DNA of 64,000 nucleotides from Vicinamibacteria bacterium (GCA_963555995.3 OY821641.1:2816001-2880000), one strand, 5' to 3'. Positions 1 to 12,035 are shown, numbered from the stretch's first letter. Notes: a model not told the origin generated them from the letters alone. Translations and numbers: made by a program.

Positions 1-6
1 AGGCAT
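1..6 (-). CDS. 5' end of a gene running off the window edge (product unknown)
   Basis: Minus strand reads GGAGGAGttcccgATG CCT, a strong SD followed by ATG at 6-4; only 2 codons are visible. Confidence 0.45.
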
Positions 7-355
7 CGGGAACTCCTCCGGGAATGCGTCGGAGGACACGGCGTCCTCCGCGAATTCCCTAGACGAGATTCCGGCCTGTTTTTTCCCACTTCAGGCGGAA
101 ATGTGGAAAAGTCGAAGCGACTGTGCACATTCGCTGCCCGTCGCGATGGCAGCGCCGGCCTGAACCGCCGACCTCCCGCCGCAGGACGGACGAAATCGCG
201 CAACGGCTTGGAACGCCGGTCTCCAAGAGGCGGGCTACCGGTGCGTGAGAGTTGGTGCCTCCCAACCGCGTAAAGGAAGGTCCGGGCGATAACGCCGGGG
301 TCCAGTCGATATCGGGGATCGGCGCCGTCGTGAGGATGGATGGGGTCCACGACAT

Positions 356-401
356 GCGCGGCGCGGAGCGCCGCGCGTGCCGGTCGGAGACCGGCGTTCC
401 C
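356..401. repeat. REP-like double-hairpin repeat (a partial inverted copy lies at 205-225)
   Basis: GCGCGGCGC-GGA-GCGCCGCGC followed by GCCGGTC-GGA-GACCGGCGTTCC; the same motif recurs across the window. Confidence 0.8.
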
Positions 402-406
402 GGTGC

Positions 407-1543
407 TCAGTAGAGGCCGGGGACGATCCGGTACTTCACGCGGGCCTGGTACTCGGCCCACTTCTCGGGACCGTACTTCAGGGCGCAGTGCGCGTCGTCG
501 TCCCACTGGCGGTAGATGAAGAACGAGACGACGAAGACGAAGTAGGTCCAAGCCCACGGATTCGTGAAGTGGCCGAAGATCAAGGCAATCGACAGCCCCA
601 GGAATCCCTCGCCCAGATAGTTGAAGTGGCGGGCGACGCCCCAGAAACCGCTGCACAGGATCCTGCGGTCGCCGGCCTCGATGACCTCGGGCTCGATTCC
701 CAGGAACTTGCGGTCGGGCCAGCGCTTGAAGGTGTACTTCTGCAGGTTGGCGCCGCGTGAGATGCCCCACCCGAAGAGGAACATGGCCACCGTCCCGATG
801 AGCCAGACGTTCGTCCAACCCGGCGAGAATCCCGGGTTGGGGTGCACGGCCAAACCCCAGAGCGGCAGGATGAACATCCACCCATAGACCACGAGGCCGC
901 CCCAGAACAGCTTGAAGCCGACGTTCTCGTGGATCAGGTCGTAGGTGTAGAGCTGGACGCGCTCGAAGATGAAGTAGTCGAGGACGTAGAAGGTGAAGAA
1001 GCCCGCGTACACGAAGACGCCGGGATTGGAGTCCTCGCCGAAGAGTTCGTAGTGGTAGGCGGCCCCGGACAGGGCGTTCAGCGAGAGCATCGTTCCGCCC
1101 ACGACGTAGAACCACATCTTCACGTCGAAGCGGTGGCCCCAGAACTGGAGCTCCTGCGCCCGTCCGAACCACCACGCCAGGAACCGACTCTTGACCTTGC
1201 CTTCCGGCTGGCTGAACACCGCCAGGATCGTGAGGACGATGGTGAAGACCGTTCCGCCGGCGACGGCGTAGAGGGAGGACCGGTAGAACCAATCCCGCGG
1301 CATCCCGGTGAGCTCGAAGGCCCAAACGATGAGCGCGATCACGAACACCAGCAGGCCGTTCAGGCGGTACCTGCGGGGTTCCCCCGTCTCCGGAGCGATG
1401 ACGTAACCGGGAACCCACCGTCCCGGCAGGATGAGCTGCGCCAGGAAGAACGCCGCGAAGACCACCAGCGGGGTGAAGAACCCCAGGATCTTCTCCGTCC
1501 CGGAAAGCTCGAGCAGGTGGCCGATGCCGAGCCACTCGATCAT
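407..1543 (-). CDS. ERG4/ERG24 family sterol reductase-like membrane protein
   Basis: Multiple TM segments, signature ILCSGFWGVARHFNYLGE and C-terminal KYG..W.EY..RVKYRIVPGLY as in ERG24/LBR/DHCR7; ATG 1543 follows a purine-rich SD (track start 1576 is a GTG). Confidence 0.8.
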   Translation of the reverse strand: MIEWLGIGHLLELSGTEKILGFFTPLVVFAAFFLAQLILPGRWVPGYVIAPETGEPRRYRLNGLLVFVIALIVWAFELTGMPRDWFYRSSLYAVAGGTVFTIVLTILAVFSQPEGKVKSRFLAWWFGRAQELQFWGHRFDVKMWFYVVGGTMLSLNALSGAAYHYELFGEDSNPGVFVYAGFFTFYVLDYFIFERVQLYTYDLIHENVGFKLFWGGLVVYGWMFILPLWGLAVHPNPGFSPGWTNVWLIGTVAMFLFGWGISRGANLQKYTFKRWPDRKFLGIEPEVIEAGDRRILCSGFWGVARHFNYLGEGFLGLSIALIFGHFTNPWAWTYFVFVVSFFIYRQWDDDAHCALKYGPEKWAEYQARVKYRIVPGLY

Positions 1544-1628
1544 GACCGAATCCCCCTTCCCCAGTGACCCGGTCACACTCGGACCTGGACACGGAGGCGA
1601 TCAATTACACACTACGCACGGGGGAGGA

Positions 1629-2345
1629 ATGACCCTTGTCGACCGAAACGCAGCCATGATCGCCGCAGGGCCGCACTGGGGATATGGGGGCGGGCTCGGC
1701 CCTGACCACTGGGGTTCGCTGGACCCGGGGTTCGCCGTGTGCAGCAACGGCCGGGAGCAGTCGCCGATTGATCTCACGGGCGCCGAACGGGAAGCCCTGT
1801 CCGAGATCGGCTTCGAGTACGCGCCGAGCCAGATCTCCATCGGGAACAACGGCCACAGCATCCAGGTGGACTACCAGGCCGGGAGCGGCATCGTCCTCGA
1901 CGGGACGCGTTATGGACTGGTCCAGTTCCATTTCCACCACCGGAGCGAGCACACCGTGGACGGCGCGGACTTTCCGTTGGAGCTGCACCTGGTCCACGCC
2001 GACAACGACGGGGCGCTCGCCGTGGTCGGCGTGTTTCTCGAGGAGGGCGCCGCGAACGAAGCCCTCGCTCCGGTCTGGCGTCACCTGCCGGCGAAGGCGG
2101 GACCCACCGCATTGGTGGCGGGGACGGTGGACGCGGCCGCGCTCCTGCCCGAACGGCGGACGACCTGGCGTTATGCGGGGTCGCTCACCACGCCGCCGTG
2201 TTCGGAGGGCGTGTCGTGGCTGGTGTTGACCGAGCCGGTGACGGCCTCGCGGGAACAGATCGAGGCGTTCAGCGCGGTCTTCCCGGTCAACAACCGGCCG
2301 GTGCAGCCGCTGAACGGGCGGCGGCTGGTGACGGACGCGCGCTGA
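1629..2345 (+). CDS. alpha-class carbonic anhydrase
   Basis: HWGY, QSPID, QFHFH..SEH, ELHLVH and GSLTTPPCSE motifs; GGGGAGG just upstream of ATG 1629. Confidence 0.92.
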   Translation: MTLVDRNAAMIAAGPHWGYGGGLGPDHWGSLDPGFAVCSNGREQSPIDLTGAEREALSEIGFEYAPSQISIGNNGHSIQVDYQAGSGIVLDGTRYGLVQFHFHHRSEHTVDGADFPLELHLVHADNDGALAVVGVFLEEGAANEALAPVWRHLPAKAGPTALVAGTVDAAALLPERRTTWRYAGSLTTPPCSEGVSWLVLTEPVTASREQIEAFSAVFPVNNRPVQPLNGRRLVTDAR

Positions 2346-2380
2346 GGGGCGGATTTCGACGGGCTGGCGAACGTCGCGAC

Positions 2381-2641
2381 GTGCGCGGTGCGGAGCACCG
2401 CGCGTGCCGGTCTGGAGACCGGCGTTCCAAGCCGGGGTGCCATCCGGCTGAGCCGCGTGGTGCATTTCGCCCGCTGCGCGGGCGGTGCCGGCTGAAGCCG
2501 GCGTTCCGAGGCGGGGTGCCAGCCGGGCAAGCTTCCCTACGCGCTCTGCGGCCCTGCGGGCCGCGTGCCGGCTGAAGCCGGCGTTCCAAGCCGGCGGCGC
2601 GGCGAGAGCTGGTGGCGGTGTGAGGCCGGCGCTCCGAGGCG
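2381..2641. repeat. Cluster of REP-like palindromes between convergent CA and katG genes
   Basis: Cores at 2406 (GCCGGTCTGGAGACCGGCGTTCC), 2487 and 2567 (GCCGGCTGAAGCCGGCGTTCC), plus a degenerate copy near 2615; period about 80 bp. Confidence 0.85.
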
Positions 2642-2647
2642 CGTCCC

Positions 2648-4921
<2,274 letters not shown>

Positions 4922-5007
4922 TTAGACACGGAAACGCGAATTCAGGCCAAGTACGCTTGTAGATGGGCGTGGAGTGATTTCTGCTGCCTCGCCGTCTGGA
5001 GAAGAGC

Positions 5008-6567
5008 ATGAGACACCATCCCCGCCAAGCCCTGGTCGGCTGCATCGGCGCCCTCTTCCTGGCCGCCGGCGCCGCGGCGCAGGACCCCTACCCGGTGGAC
5101 CGGGGGATGGTCGCGAAGATCCGGGAGGAAGGACTCCACCGCTCCCAGCTTCCCGACACCCTGTCCTACATGACCGACGTGCTCGGCGGCCGGCTGACCA
5201 ACTCGGCGGCGATGGACCGGGCCCAGCGGTGGGCGCTCGAGGAGATGGCCGAGATCGGGCTCGTGAACAGGGTCCGCGAGCCCTTCATGAACTACGGGGC
5301 GAGCTGGGACAACGAGTACTTCTCGCTGCACATGCGGGAGCCGTCGTACCAGACGCTCGTCGGCTATCCCATCGCCCACACGCCGGGGACCGAGGGTCCC
5401 CGGACGCTGGAGGTCGTCATCGCCGACGTGCGGACGCGGGGCGACTTCGACGCCCTGCGCGGGAAACTCCGGGGGAAGGCGGTCCTCTCGACGCCTCCGG
5501 CGGCGGTGGACCGGACCCGCTTCGCCACCGGGACTCCGGAACGCACCGACGAGCAGATGGCGCAGCTCGCCGCGAACGTGCTGCCGCGGTTGGCTGCGGA
5601 CCCGCTCTTCACGAGCGAGTACGCGGACCTTCCGCCGCACCCGGACGTCCTGAGCCCCGTCGAACGACTCGAGTTCTACGTCGCCGAGGGAGCCGCCGCG
5701 GTGCTCGAGTCACGGAGCGGCTGGCCGGGGGCGGTGCGCGGGTTCGCGCGCCCCGGCGCCAAGGTGGACATGTGGGACCGGGAAGCCACGCTGTCGTCCG
5801 TACCGATCGTCGCGGTCACCCCCGGGCACTACAACCGGATGTACCGGATCCGGCGGCGCGAGGTCCCGGTCACCATCGAGCTGGAGGTCCGGAACCGGCA
5901 CGGGGAGGCGGCGAGCGAGGCCCGGAACGTCCTCGGCGAGATCCCGGGGACCGACCTCGCCCACGAGCTGGTGATGCTGGGCGCCCACTTCGACACCTGG
6001 CACGCGAGCCCGAACGCCAGCGACAACTCCTCGGGCGTGGCGGTGATGCTGGAGGCGATGCGCATCCTGAAGGCGGTCGGCGCCGAGCCGCGCCGGACCA
6101 TCCGGGTCGCGCTCTGGTCGGGGGAGGAGCAGGGCATCTTCGGGTCGCGGGCCTACGTCAAGCGGCACTTCGGCGATCCGGAGACGGGGACGAAACCCGG
6201 TTACGACAACGTCTCGGCGTACTTCAACCAGGACTACGGCCCGGGCCGCTACCGGGGCGTCTGGCTCCAGGAGAACGAGCACGTGCGGCCGATCTTCGAG
6301 GCGTGGATGGCGCCCTTCGACGACTTCGGAATGACGACGCTGGCGCCCGCCAGCGTGGGAAGCACCGACCACGTGGCGTTCGACGACGCCGGGCTGCCGG
6401 GCTTCCAGTTCCTGCAGGCGCGGGTGGGCGGCACCGGCGGCCACACGAACCTCGACTTCTACGACACCCTGCCGATTGATGACCTCAAGAAGAACGCGGT
6501 GGTGGTGGCGGCATTCGTCTACCACGCGGCGATGGCCGACGAGAAGCTGCCGCGGAAGGGAAGGTAG
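5008..6567 (+). CDS. Secreted M28 family metallopeptidase
   Basis: Signal peptide (AAAQ cleavage), GAHFDTW, ASDNSSG, WSGEEQG and STDH motifs. Confidence 0.85.
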   Translation: MRHHPRQALVGCIGALFLAAGAAAQDPYPVDRGMVAKIREEGLHRSQLPDTLSYMTDVLGGRLTNSAAMDRAQRWALEEMAEIGLVNRVREPFMNYGASWDNEYFSLHMREPSYQTLVGYPIAHTPGTEGPRTLEVVIADVRTRGDFDALRGKLRGKAVLSTPPAAVDRTRFATGTPERTDEQMAQLAANVLPRLAADPLFTSEYADLPPHPDVLSPVERLEFYVAEGAAAVLESRSGWPGAVRGFARPGAKVDMWDREATLSSVPIVAVTPGHYNRMYRIRRREVPVTIELEVRNRHGEAASEARNVLGEIPGTDLAHELVMLGAHFDTWHASPNASDNSSGVAVMLEAMRILKAVGAEPRRTIRVALWSGEEQGIFGSRAYVKRHFGDPETGTKPGYDNVSAYFNQDYGPGRYRGVWLQENEHVRPIFEAWMAPFDDFGMTTLAPASVGSTDHVAFDDAGLPGFQFLQARVGGTGGHTNLDFYDTLPIDDLKKNAVVVAAFVYHAAMADEKLPRKGR

Positions 6568-6577
6568 CGACCCGGTT

Positions 6578-6624
6578 CCGCGGGCCTGCGGCCCGCGGGT
6601 GCCGGTCTGAAGACCGGCGTTCCC
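6578..6624. repeat. REP-like double hairpin between convergent genes
   Basis: CCGCGGGCC-TGC-GGCCCGCGG followed by GCCGGTC-TGAA-GACCGGCGTTCC. Confidence 0.8.
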
Positions 6625-6626
6625 TC

Positions 6627-7904
6627 CTACTTGCTCCTCTCCCGGCGGTAGGCGTCGGCGAGGAGTTCGATGGGGTGGGCGACCTCCGCAGCCAGGCCGG
6701 CGCGGCGGGCGCCCTCGGCGAGCTGGAGCTGGCAGCCGATGTTCCCGGTGGCGATGAGGTCGGGATCCGCGGGAGCGATGTTCGCCATCTTCCGGTCGAG
6801 GACCGCCATCGAGGTGTCGTGCCGGGTCACGTTGTAGATCCCGGCGGAGCCGCAGCAGCGCTCCGGGTCACGGACGGTGACGAGCTCCACGCCGGGCAGG
6901 CTGCGGAGGATCTGGAGGGGCTCCTCGCGGACCTGCTGGGCGTGGAAGAGATGGCAGGGCGCGTCATACACCACCCGCAGCGGCGTCTCCCGGGGGCCAG
7001 CGGCGGGCGGCCGGCAGCCGCTCTCCGCGAGGAACGCCGAGACGTCCGTCACCCGCCGGGAGAAGGCGCCCGCGGGCGGGCCGGCATCCAGCAGCTCGGC
7101 GTATTCCGACAGCGCGGCGCCGCAGCCGGCGGCGGTGGTCACCACCGGGAGGTCGTCCGGAAACGCCGCCAGGTTCCGGCGCGCCAACCCCCGCGCCAGC
7201 TCCGGCAGCCCGGCGTGGAGATGGAGCGCGCCGCAGCAGCCCTGGGTTTTGGGAATCACCACTTCCCAGCCGTTCCGGGTGAGCGCCTCGATCGCCGCCC
7301 GGCTGGTTTCCGGCCGGAGATGCGGGGCGACGCAGCCGAGGAAGAGCGCCACCGTCCCGCGCGCCTCCCCGCCCGGGGAGACCCGCGCCGGGAAGCGCTC
7401 GCGCGCCGGGACATCGGGTAGCAGCCGCTCCCGCGCCGCGAGCCGCGGCGCCAGCCGGGCCAGCACCGGTTGCACGAGCCGGCGAAGGCCGATGCGCCCG
7501 GTGAAGCGGAGCAGCCACATCGCCGCTCCCAGGACCACGGGCCGGGCCACTACCACGCCGAGCGCGAGCCGTTTCAGCATCCGTACCCGGCGCGGCTCGA
7601 CCTGCTCCTCGCCGAGCAGCCCCCGGACTCCCTCGACGATGGCGCCGACTTCCACTCCCGCCGGACAGACGCTTTCGCAACCGCGGCAGGCGAGGCACTC
7701 GTAGAGGTCCTCGGCCAGGCCGTCGCTGGCGGGCAGCCGGCCCTCCAGCAGGGCGCGGGCGTTGAAGACCTGCCCGCGCGGGGCGAGGGACTCCCGCGGC
7801 GCGTTCTCGTAGGCGGGACACGCCGGCAGGCAGAGGCCGCAGTGGACGCAGGCGAGCGTCTTCTCGTAGATCCGGAGCGCTTCGCCGCCGGTCGGTTGGG
7901 TCAC
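6627..7904 (-). CDS. glcF: Glycolate oxidase-type Fe-S subunit (GlcF-like)
   Basis: CVHCGLCLPACP and CLACRGCESVCP ferredoxin motifs, two CCG domains; follows glcD/E-like genes. Confidence 0.85.
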   Translation of the reverse strand: MTQPTGGEALRIYEKTLACVHCGLCLPACPAYENAPRESLAPRGQVFNARALLEGRLPASDGLAEDLYECLACRGCESVCPAGVEVGAIVEGVRGLLGEEQVEPRRVRMLKRLALGVVVARPVVLGAAMWLLRFTGRIGLRRLVQPVLARLAPRLAARERLLPDVPARERFPARVSPGGEARGTVALFLGCVAPHLRPETSRAAIEALTRNGWEVVIPKTQGCCGALHLHAGLPELARGLARRNLAAFPDDLPVVTTAAGCGAALSEYAELLDAGPPAGAFSRRVTDVSAFLAESGCRPPAAGPRETPLRVVYDAPCHLFHAQQVREEPLQILRSLPGVELVTVRDPERCCGSAGIYNVTRHDTSMAVLDRKMANIAPADPDLIATGNIGCQLQLAEGARRAGLAAEVAHPIELLADAYRRERSK

Positions 7905-7939
7905 GAGAGGAATCTACGCGAATCGCGGGTTGGTGTCCC

Positions 7940-9118
7940 TCAGAACGGCATCCGGCCGGGGGCCAGGGTCCCGGCGGGGTCGAGGGCCGCCTTGATGCGG
8001 CCCGAGAGCGCGGCGACCGCCGCGGACGGGCGTGGGTGGAAGACGGGGTGGTCCCGCTTCCAGTCGCCGGGAGCGGTCTCGACGACGGCGGAGATGTCCG
8101 GCTCCTCCTGAAGAGCGCCGAGCGCCGCCTCGAAGTCCTCCGCCGGGACACTCGCGATGGCGCGGCGCTGATCGGGGAAGGCGAACGGAGGGCCGAAGGC
8201 GGCGAGTCTCCAGGCCGTGCGCAGCAGGGCCCCGGGAGGGCCATGGACGGCAAGGCCCAGCGTCCCGTCCCGCTCGGGCGCCACCGCGGGGAAATCACGG
8301 ACCCCCGCCCAGAACCCGTCCTCGTCGGGACCCTCAAGGATCTGGAGGCCCCCTCCCGCGGCCTTCGCCATCCCGCCGGGCGACATGGCCGCCTCCTCTC
8401 GCAGTCCCTCGAAACGAACCGCCAGGCGAAAACCGCCGTCTTCCGGGAGCCCGGGGAGTCCCGTTCCCGGAGCCACCACCGCGACGGCCGCGGGAACCGG
8501 CGCCGCGGCGGCGGCCGCCAGCACCCGGTCGGCGAACCCGTCGGCCGAGTCGGAGACCGGGAGACTCGCGACGACCGTCCGTGAGGCCTCCGGCAGCGCG
8601 CGGAGGCGCAGCGTGACCCGGGTGATCGCCCCCAGAGTCCCGAGCGAGCCGGTGAAGAGCTTGGTCAGCTCGTAGCCGGTCACGTTCTTCACGACGCGTC
8701 CGCCGGAACGGATGCGCGTCCCGTCGGCGAGCACCGCGGAAAGGCCGAGCAGCAGGTCCCGTGGCCGCGAACCGGGGACCACCCGGAAACCCGGATCTCC
8801 CGCGGCAATCACGCCTCCCAAGGTCGCCCGCTCCGGGAGCGGTGGATCGAGCGCGAGCTGTTGGCGGTGGGGCGCGAGTTCACGGTTCAGCGCTCCGACG
8901 GTCGTGCCCGCCCAGGCCTCGACGGTCAGGTCGCTGACGTGGTGCTCGATCACCCCCGACAGCCCCCGGAGGTCCACGATCCGATCGGCCCGCGCCGGGG
9001 CTCCCAATCCCAGGCGGGTGCCGCCGCCCCGGAGGACCACCGCTTCACCCGCCCCGGACGCCGCCGCGAGCGTCCGGGCCACGTCCTCTTCGCTCGCGGG
9101 GGCCGCCGTGCCGGCCAT
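7940..9118 (-). CDS. glcE: Glycolate oxidase-type FAD-binding subunit (GlcE-like)
   Basis: VLRGGGTRL, ATLGGVIA and GGRVVKNVTGYELTKLFTGSLGTLG; ATG overlaps the glcD stop (TGATG). Confidence 0.85.
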   Translation of the reverse strand: MAGTAAPASEEDVARTLAAASGAGEAVVLRGGGTRLGLGAPARADRIVDLRGLSGVIEHHVSDLTVEAWAGTTVGALNRELAPHRQQLALDPPLPERATLGGVIAAGDPGFRVVPGSRPRDLLLGLSAVLADGTRIRSGGRVVKNVTGYELTKLFTGSLGTLGAITRVTLRLRALPEASRTVVASLPVSDSADGFADRVLAAAAAAPVPAAVAVVAPGTGLPGLPEDGGFRLAVRFEGLREEAAMSPGGMAKAAGGGLQILEGPDEDGFWAGVRDFPAVAPERDGTLGLAVHGPPGALLRTAWRLAAFGPPFAFPDQRRAIASVPAEDFEAALGALQEEPDISAVVETAPGDWKRDHPVFHPRPSAAVAALSGRIKAALDPAGTLAPGRMPF

Positions 9119-10581
9119 CAGATCCAGGCGCCCGGAATCGCGGCGACCCGGCCGGGCATGCCGCTGTCCGGAAGGGTCGCCCGCGGCTCGCCGCAACCGG
9201 CGCGGACCGGAAGGATCTTTCCGGGGTTCAACAGCCCGTGCCGGTTCCAGGCGTCGCGGACCCGGCGCATCGCTTCGAGGTCGTCCTCGCCGAAGAGGAG
9301 ATCGAGCGAGTCCCGCTTCTCGACCCCCACCCCGTGCTCGCCGGAAAGCACCCCGCCGAGCCGCACGCAGAGGGAGAGCAGCTCGTGGCTGGCGGCCATC
9401 ACCCGGGCCTTCTCGTCGGGGTCGCGTCCGTCGTAGGAGATGCAGGGATGGAGGTTGCCGTCGCCGGCGTGGAACACGTTCGCCACCCGGAGGTCGTGCC
9501 GCCTGCCGATCCGCTCGACCTCGGCGATGGCCTCGGGGAGGGCCGAGCGCGGAACCACCCCGTCCTGCACGTAGAGATCCGTCGAGATCCGGCCCATGGC
9601 TCCGAAGGCGAACTTGCGGCCGCGCCAGAGCAGTTCGCGCTCCGCCGCGTCGCGCGCCACCCGGATCTCGAGCGCCCCGCACTCCTGGAGGATGCGGTCC
9701 ACGTCGGCGCGCTGGCGGGCGACCGCCGGTTTCGCGCCGTCGAGTTCGAGCAGCAGCACCGCCCCCGCGCCCTTCGGGTAGCCCGCTCCGATGCCGGCCT
9801 CGACCACCTCGATGGTGGCGGCGTCGAGCATCTCCATCGCCACCGGAACGGTGCCGGCCGCCACGATGCGGGAGACCGCCTCGCAGGCGGGCACCAGTCC
9901 CGCGAACGGCGCGAGGAGGGTCTCGACGGTCTCCGGAACCGGGAGAAGCCGGACCGTCGCTTCGGTGGCGATCCCGAGAGTGCCCTCGGAGCCGACGAAG
10001 AGCCCGAGCAGGTCGTAGCCGGCGTCGTCCTCGGAAAGAACCACGACCTCCCCGTCGTCGAGGACCACGGTGACCGACAGGATGTGCGAGGTAGTGGCCC
10101 CCAGCTTGAAGCAGTGCGGCCCGCCCGAGTTCTCGGCGATGTTTCCCCCCAGCGTGCACGCGGACTGGCTCGACGGGTCGGGAGCGAAGAAGAGTCCGTA
10201 TGGGGCGGCGGCCCGCGAGATTTCCAGGTTGACCACCCCCGTCTGGCAGCGCGCGGTCCGCTCTCTCGAGTTGATCTCCAGGACCCGGTTCATCCCGGCC
10301 AGGGAGATCACCACCCCGCCCTCGATGGGGGTCGCCCCCCCGGAGAGGCCGGTCCCGGCCCCCCGCGCCGTGAACGGGACCTTGGCGGCGACGCAGGCCC
10401 TGACCACCACGGCGACCTCGGCGGTGGAACGCGGGAGCGCCACCGCCTGGGGAGCGCTCCGGTAGGCGGTGCTCCCGTCGCACTCGTAGGGAAGGGTGTG
10501 CTCCGGGCGCAGGAGGAACCCGTGTTTCCCGAGGAGCGGGCGGAGTTCAGCGGCGAGGGCTTCCATCGGGGGCGGGGTCAA
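9118..10581 (-). CDS. glcD: FAD-linked oxidase, glycolate oxidase subunit D-like
   Basis: RGAGTGLSGG, PDPSSQ, GSEGTLG, HAGDGNLHP and SGEHGVG motifs; alternative ATG start at 10566. Confidence 0.88.
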   Translation of the reverse strand: MTPPPMEALAAELRPLLGKHGFLLRPEHTLPYECDGSTAYRSAPQAVALPRSTAEVAVVVRACVAAKVPFTARGAGTGLSGGATPIEGGVVISLAGMNRVLEINSRERTARCQTGVVNLEISRAAAPYGLFFAPDPSSQSACTLGGNIAENSGGPHCFKLGATTSHILSVTVVLDDGEVVVLSEDDAGYDLLGLFVGSEGTLGIATEATVRLLPVPETVETLLAPFAGLVPACEAVSRIVAAGTVPVAMEMLDAATIEVVEAGIGAGYPKGAGAVLLLELDGAKPAVARQRADVDRILQECGALEIRVARDAAERELLWRGRKFAFGAMGRISTDLYVQDGVVPRSALPEAIAEVERIGRRHDLRVANVFHAGDGNLHPCISYDGRDPDEKARVMAASHELLSLCVRLGGVLSGEHGVGVEKRDSLDLLFGEDDLEAMRRVRDAWNRHGLLNPGKILPVRAGCGEPRATLPDSGMPGRVAAIPGAWI

Positions 10582-10664
10582 ACCGGCGCGGATTCACGGG
10601 CGCGGGCGCCGGTGGAAGTATCCCAGCCCCGGGGCCAAGGCCGCCGTACGGGTCCGGTTGTGCT

Positions 10665-10673
10665 TGGTATACT
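10665..10673 (+). promoter_or_regulatory. Candidate extended -10 promoter for yjbQ
   Basis: TGgTATACT about 65 bp upstream of the yjbQ ATG in an otherwise GC-rich spacer. Confidence 0.4.
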
Positions 10674-10737
10674 CGCTCTCCGCCTGCTCGCGAAGGTCTC
10701 CGACCGGCGCCGAGCGGCTCGGGTCAAGGAGTTCACG

Positions 10738-11241
10738 ATGCAAAGCGTACTGACGCAGCCGCCTGTCAAAGCCGCACCGGCGGAGTCCACGGAAGAGGTG
10801 GTCCGGGGACAGATGAAGATCATGCATCGCACGTTGAAGGTGGTGACGGATTCCCGTGTGGAACTGCACAACATCAGCGACCGCGTGCGGGATCAGGTCC
10901 GGGCATCCGGGATCAAGGCAGGTTTTCTGATCCTGTCCAGTCTCCACACGACGACCGCGCTGTTTCTGAACGAGTTCCAGGCGGCCCTGATGGCCGACCT
11001 CACCGAGTGCCTCGAGCGCCTGGCGGGCCCGGAAGACGGCTACCTCCATAACTGCGAGGACTGCTCCGACTGCGAGCGGAAGAACGCGGACGCCCATCTC
11101 CGGGCGACGCTCCTGGGCCACAACGTGACCGTCCCGATCCACGACGGAGAAATCAGCCTCGGCCAGTGGCAGAGCATCCTCTTCGCCGAACTGGACGGAC
11201 CGCGCGACCGCACGGTCACGGCGCACCTGATCGGCGTCTGA
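10738..11241 (+). CDS. yjbQ: YjbQ/UPF0047 family protein (secondary thiamine-phosphate synthase-like)
   Basis: HTTTALFLNE, NADAHLR and LGQWQSILFAELDGPRDR motifs; AAGGAG SD before ATG 10738. Confidence 0.88.
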   Translation: MQSVLTQPPVKAAPAESTEEVVRGQMKIMHRTLKVVTDSRVELHNISDRVRDQVRASGIKAGFLILSSLHTTTALFLNEFQAALMADLTECLERLAGPEDGYLHNCEDCSDCERKNADAHLRATLLGHNVTVPIHDGEISLGQWQSILFAELDGPRDRTVTAHLIGV

Positions 11242-11281
11242 TCCAGGCGCCTCCGACGAGTCAGCCCGGCGCGAGCCGGAG

Positions 11282-12010
11282 ATGACGGCGCCCACGGAAC
11301 CTGCCGCCTCCGGCCCCGCCGGGCCGTCGGTAGCGATCGTCACCGGCGCCAGTCAGGGGATCGGGGCGGCCACCGCGCTGGCGCTGGCGAGGAAGGGGTT
11401 CGGGGTCGCCCTGGCGGCCCGGCGGCCCGCCGGCCTCGTCGCGACCGAGAACCGGATCCGGGAAGCGGGCGGCTTCGCTTTCGTCGCTCCGACGGACGTC
11501 ACCGAACGGGATCAGGTGAGCGAGCTGGTGGCGGAGACCGAGCGGCGCTTCGGTCCCGTCGCACTGCTGGTGAACGCCGCCGGCGCCGTCCACCGCGCCC
11601 CGCTGACTTCGACGTCCGACGCCGACTTCGACAGCGTGGTCGGGGTCAATCTGAAGGGCGCGTTCCTCTGCACCCGCGCCGTGCTGCCCGGCATGATCGA
11701 GCGGCGGCAGGGCCGCATCGTGAACCTCGCGGCCATGGCCGGACGGATCGGCGCGCCGCGGCTCGCGGTCTACTGCGCCTCCAAGTGGGGTGTCGTCGGC
11801 CTGACCAAGGCGTGCGCCGAGGAACTGCGGCCGGCCGGAGTCTTCGTCTTCGCCGTCTGCCCCGGATCGGTGGATACCGAGTCCTATCGGGCCGCCATCC
11901 CCGGCGCCAAACCGAGGGCCACGCCCGAATCGGTCGCCGAAGTCATCGCCTGGCTCGGCACCGAGGCCCCGGCCGCGATGAGCGGGGCCGTGGTGGACGC
12001 ACCCGGGTAG
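11282..12010 (+). CDS. SDR family oxidoreductase
   Basis: TGASQGIG, LVNAAG, YCASK and CPG motifs. Confidence 0.9.
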   Translation: MTAPTEPAASGPAGPSVAIVTGASQGIGAATALALARKGFGVALAARRPAGLVATENRIREAGGFAFVAPTDVTERDQVSELVAETERRFGPVALLVNAAGAVHRAPLTSTSDADFDSVVGVNLKGAFLCTRAVLPGMIERRQGRIVNLAAMAGRIGAPRLAVYCASKWGVVGLTKACAEELRPAGVFVFAVCPGSVDTESYRAAIPGAKPRATPESVAEVIAWLGTEAPAAMSGAVVDAPG

Positions 12011-12035
12011 GAAGCGAATCGCCGCGTTTCCCACA

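Noticed and set aside
142-200. Hammerhead-like arrangement (CGCGAT...CTGA...CGAAATCGCG)
   Set aside because: Lacks CUGANGA (it reads CUGAACC) and has no NUH cleavage triplet
226-355. Short hairpins upstream of the edge gene (GTTGG-TGCCTC-CCAAC; GTCGTG...CACGAC) as a riboswitch
   Set aside because: No recognisable riboswitch consensus by eye; an Rfam scan would be needed
2400-2640. CRISPR-like appearance: ~23-bp palindromic repeats at ~80-bp period
   Set aside because: Only 3-4 non-identical units, spacers resemble each other, the same repeat is dispersed singly across the window, and there are no cas genes; this fits a REP cluster
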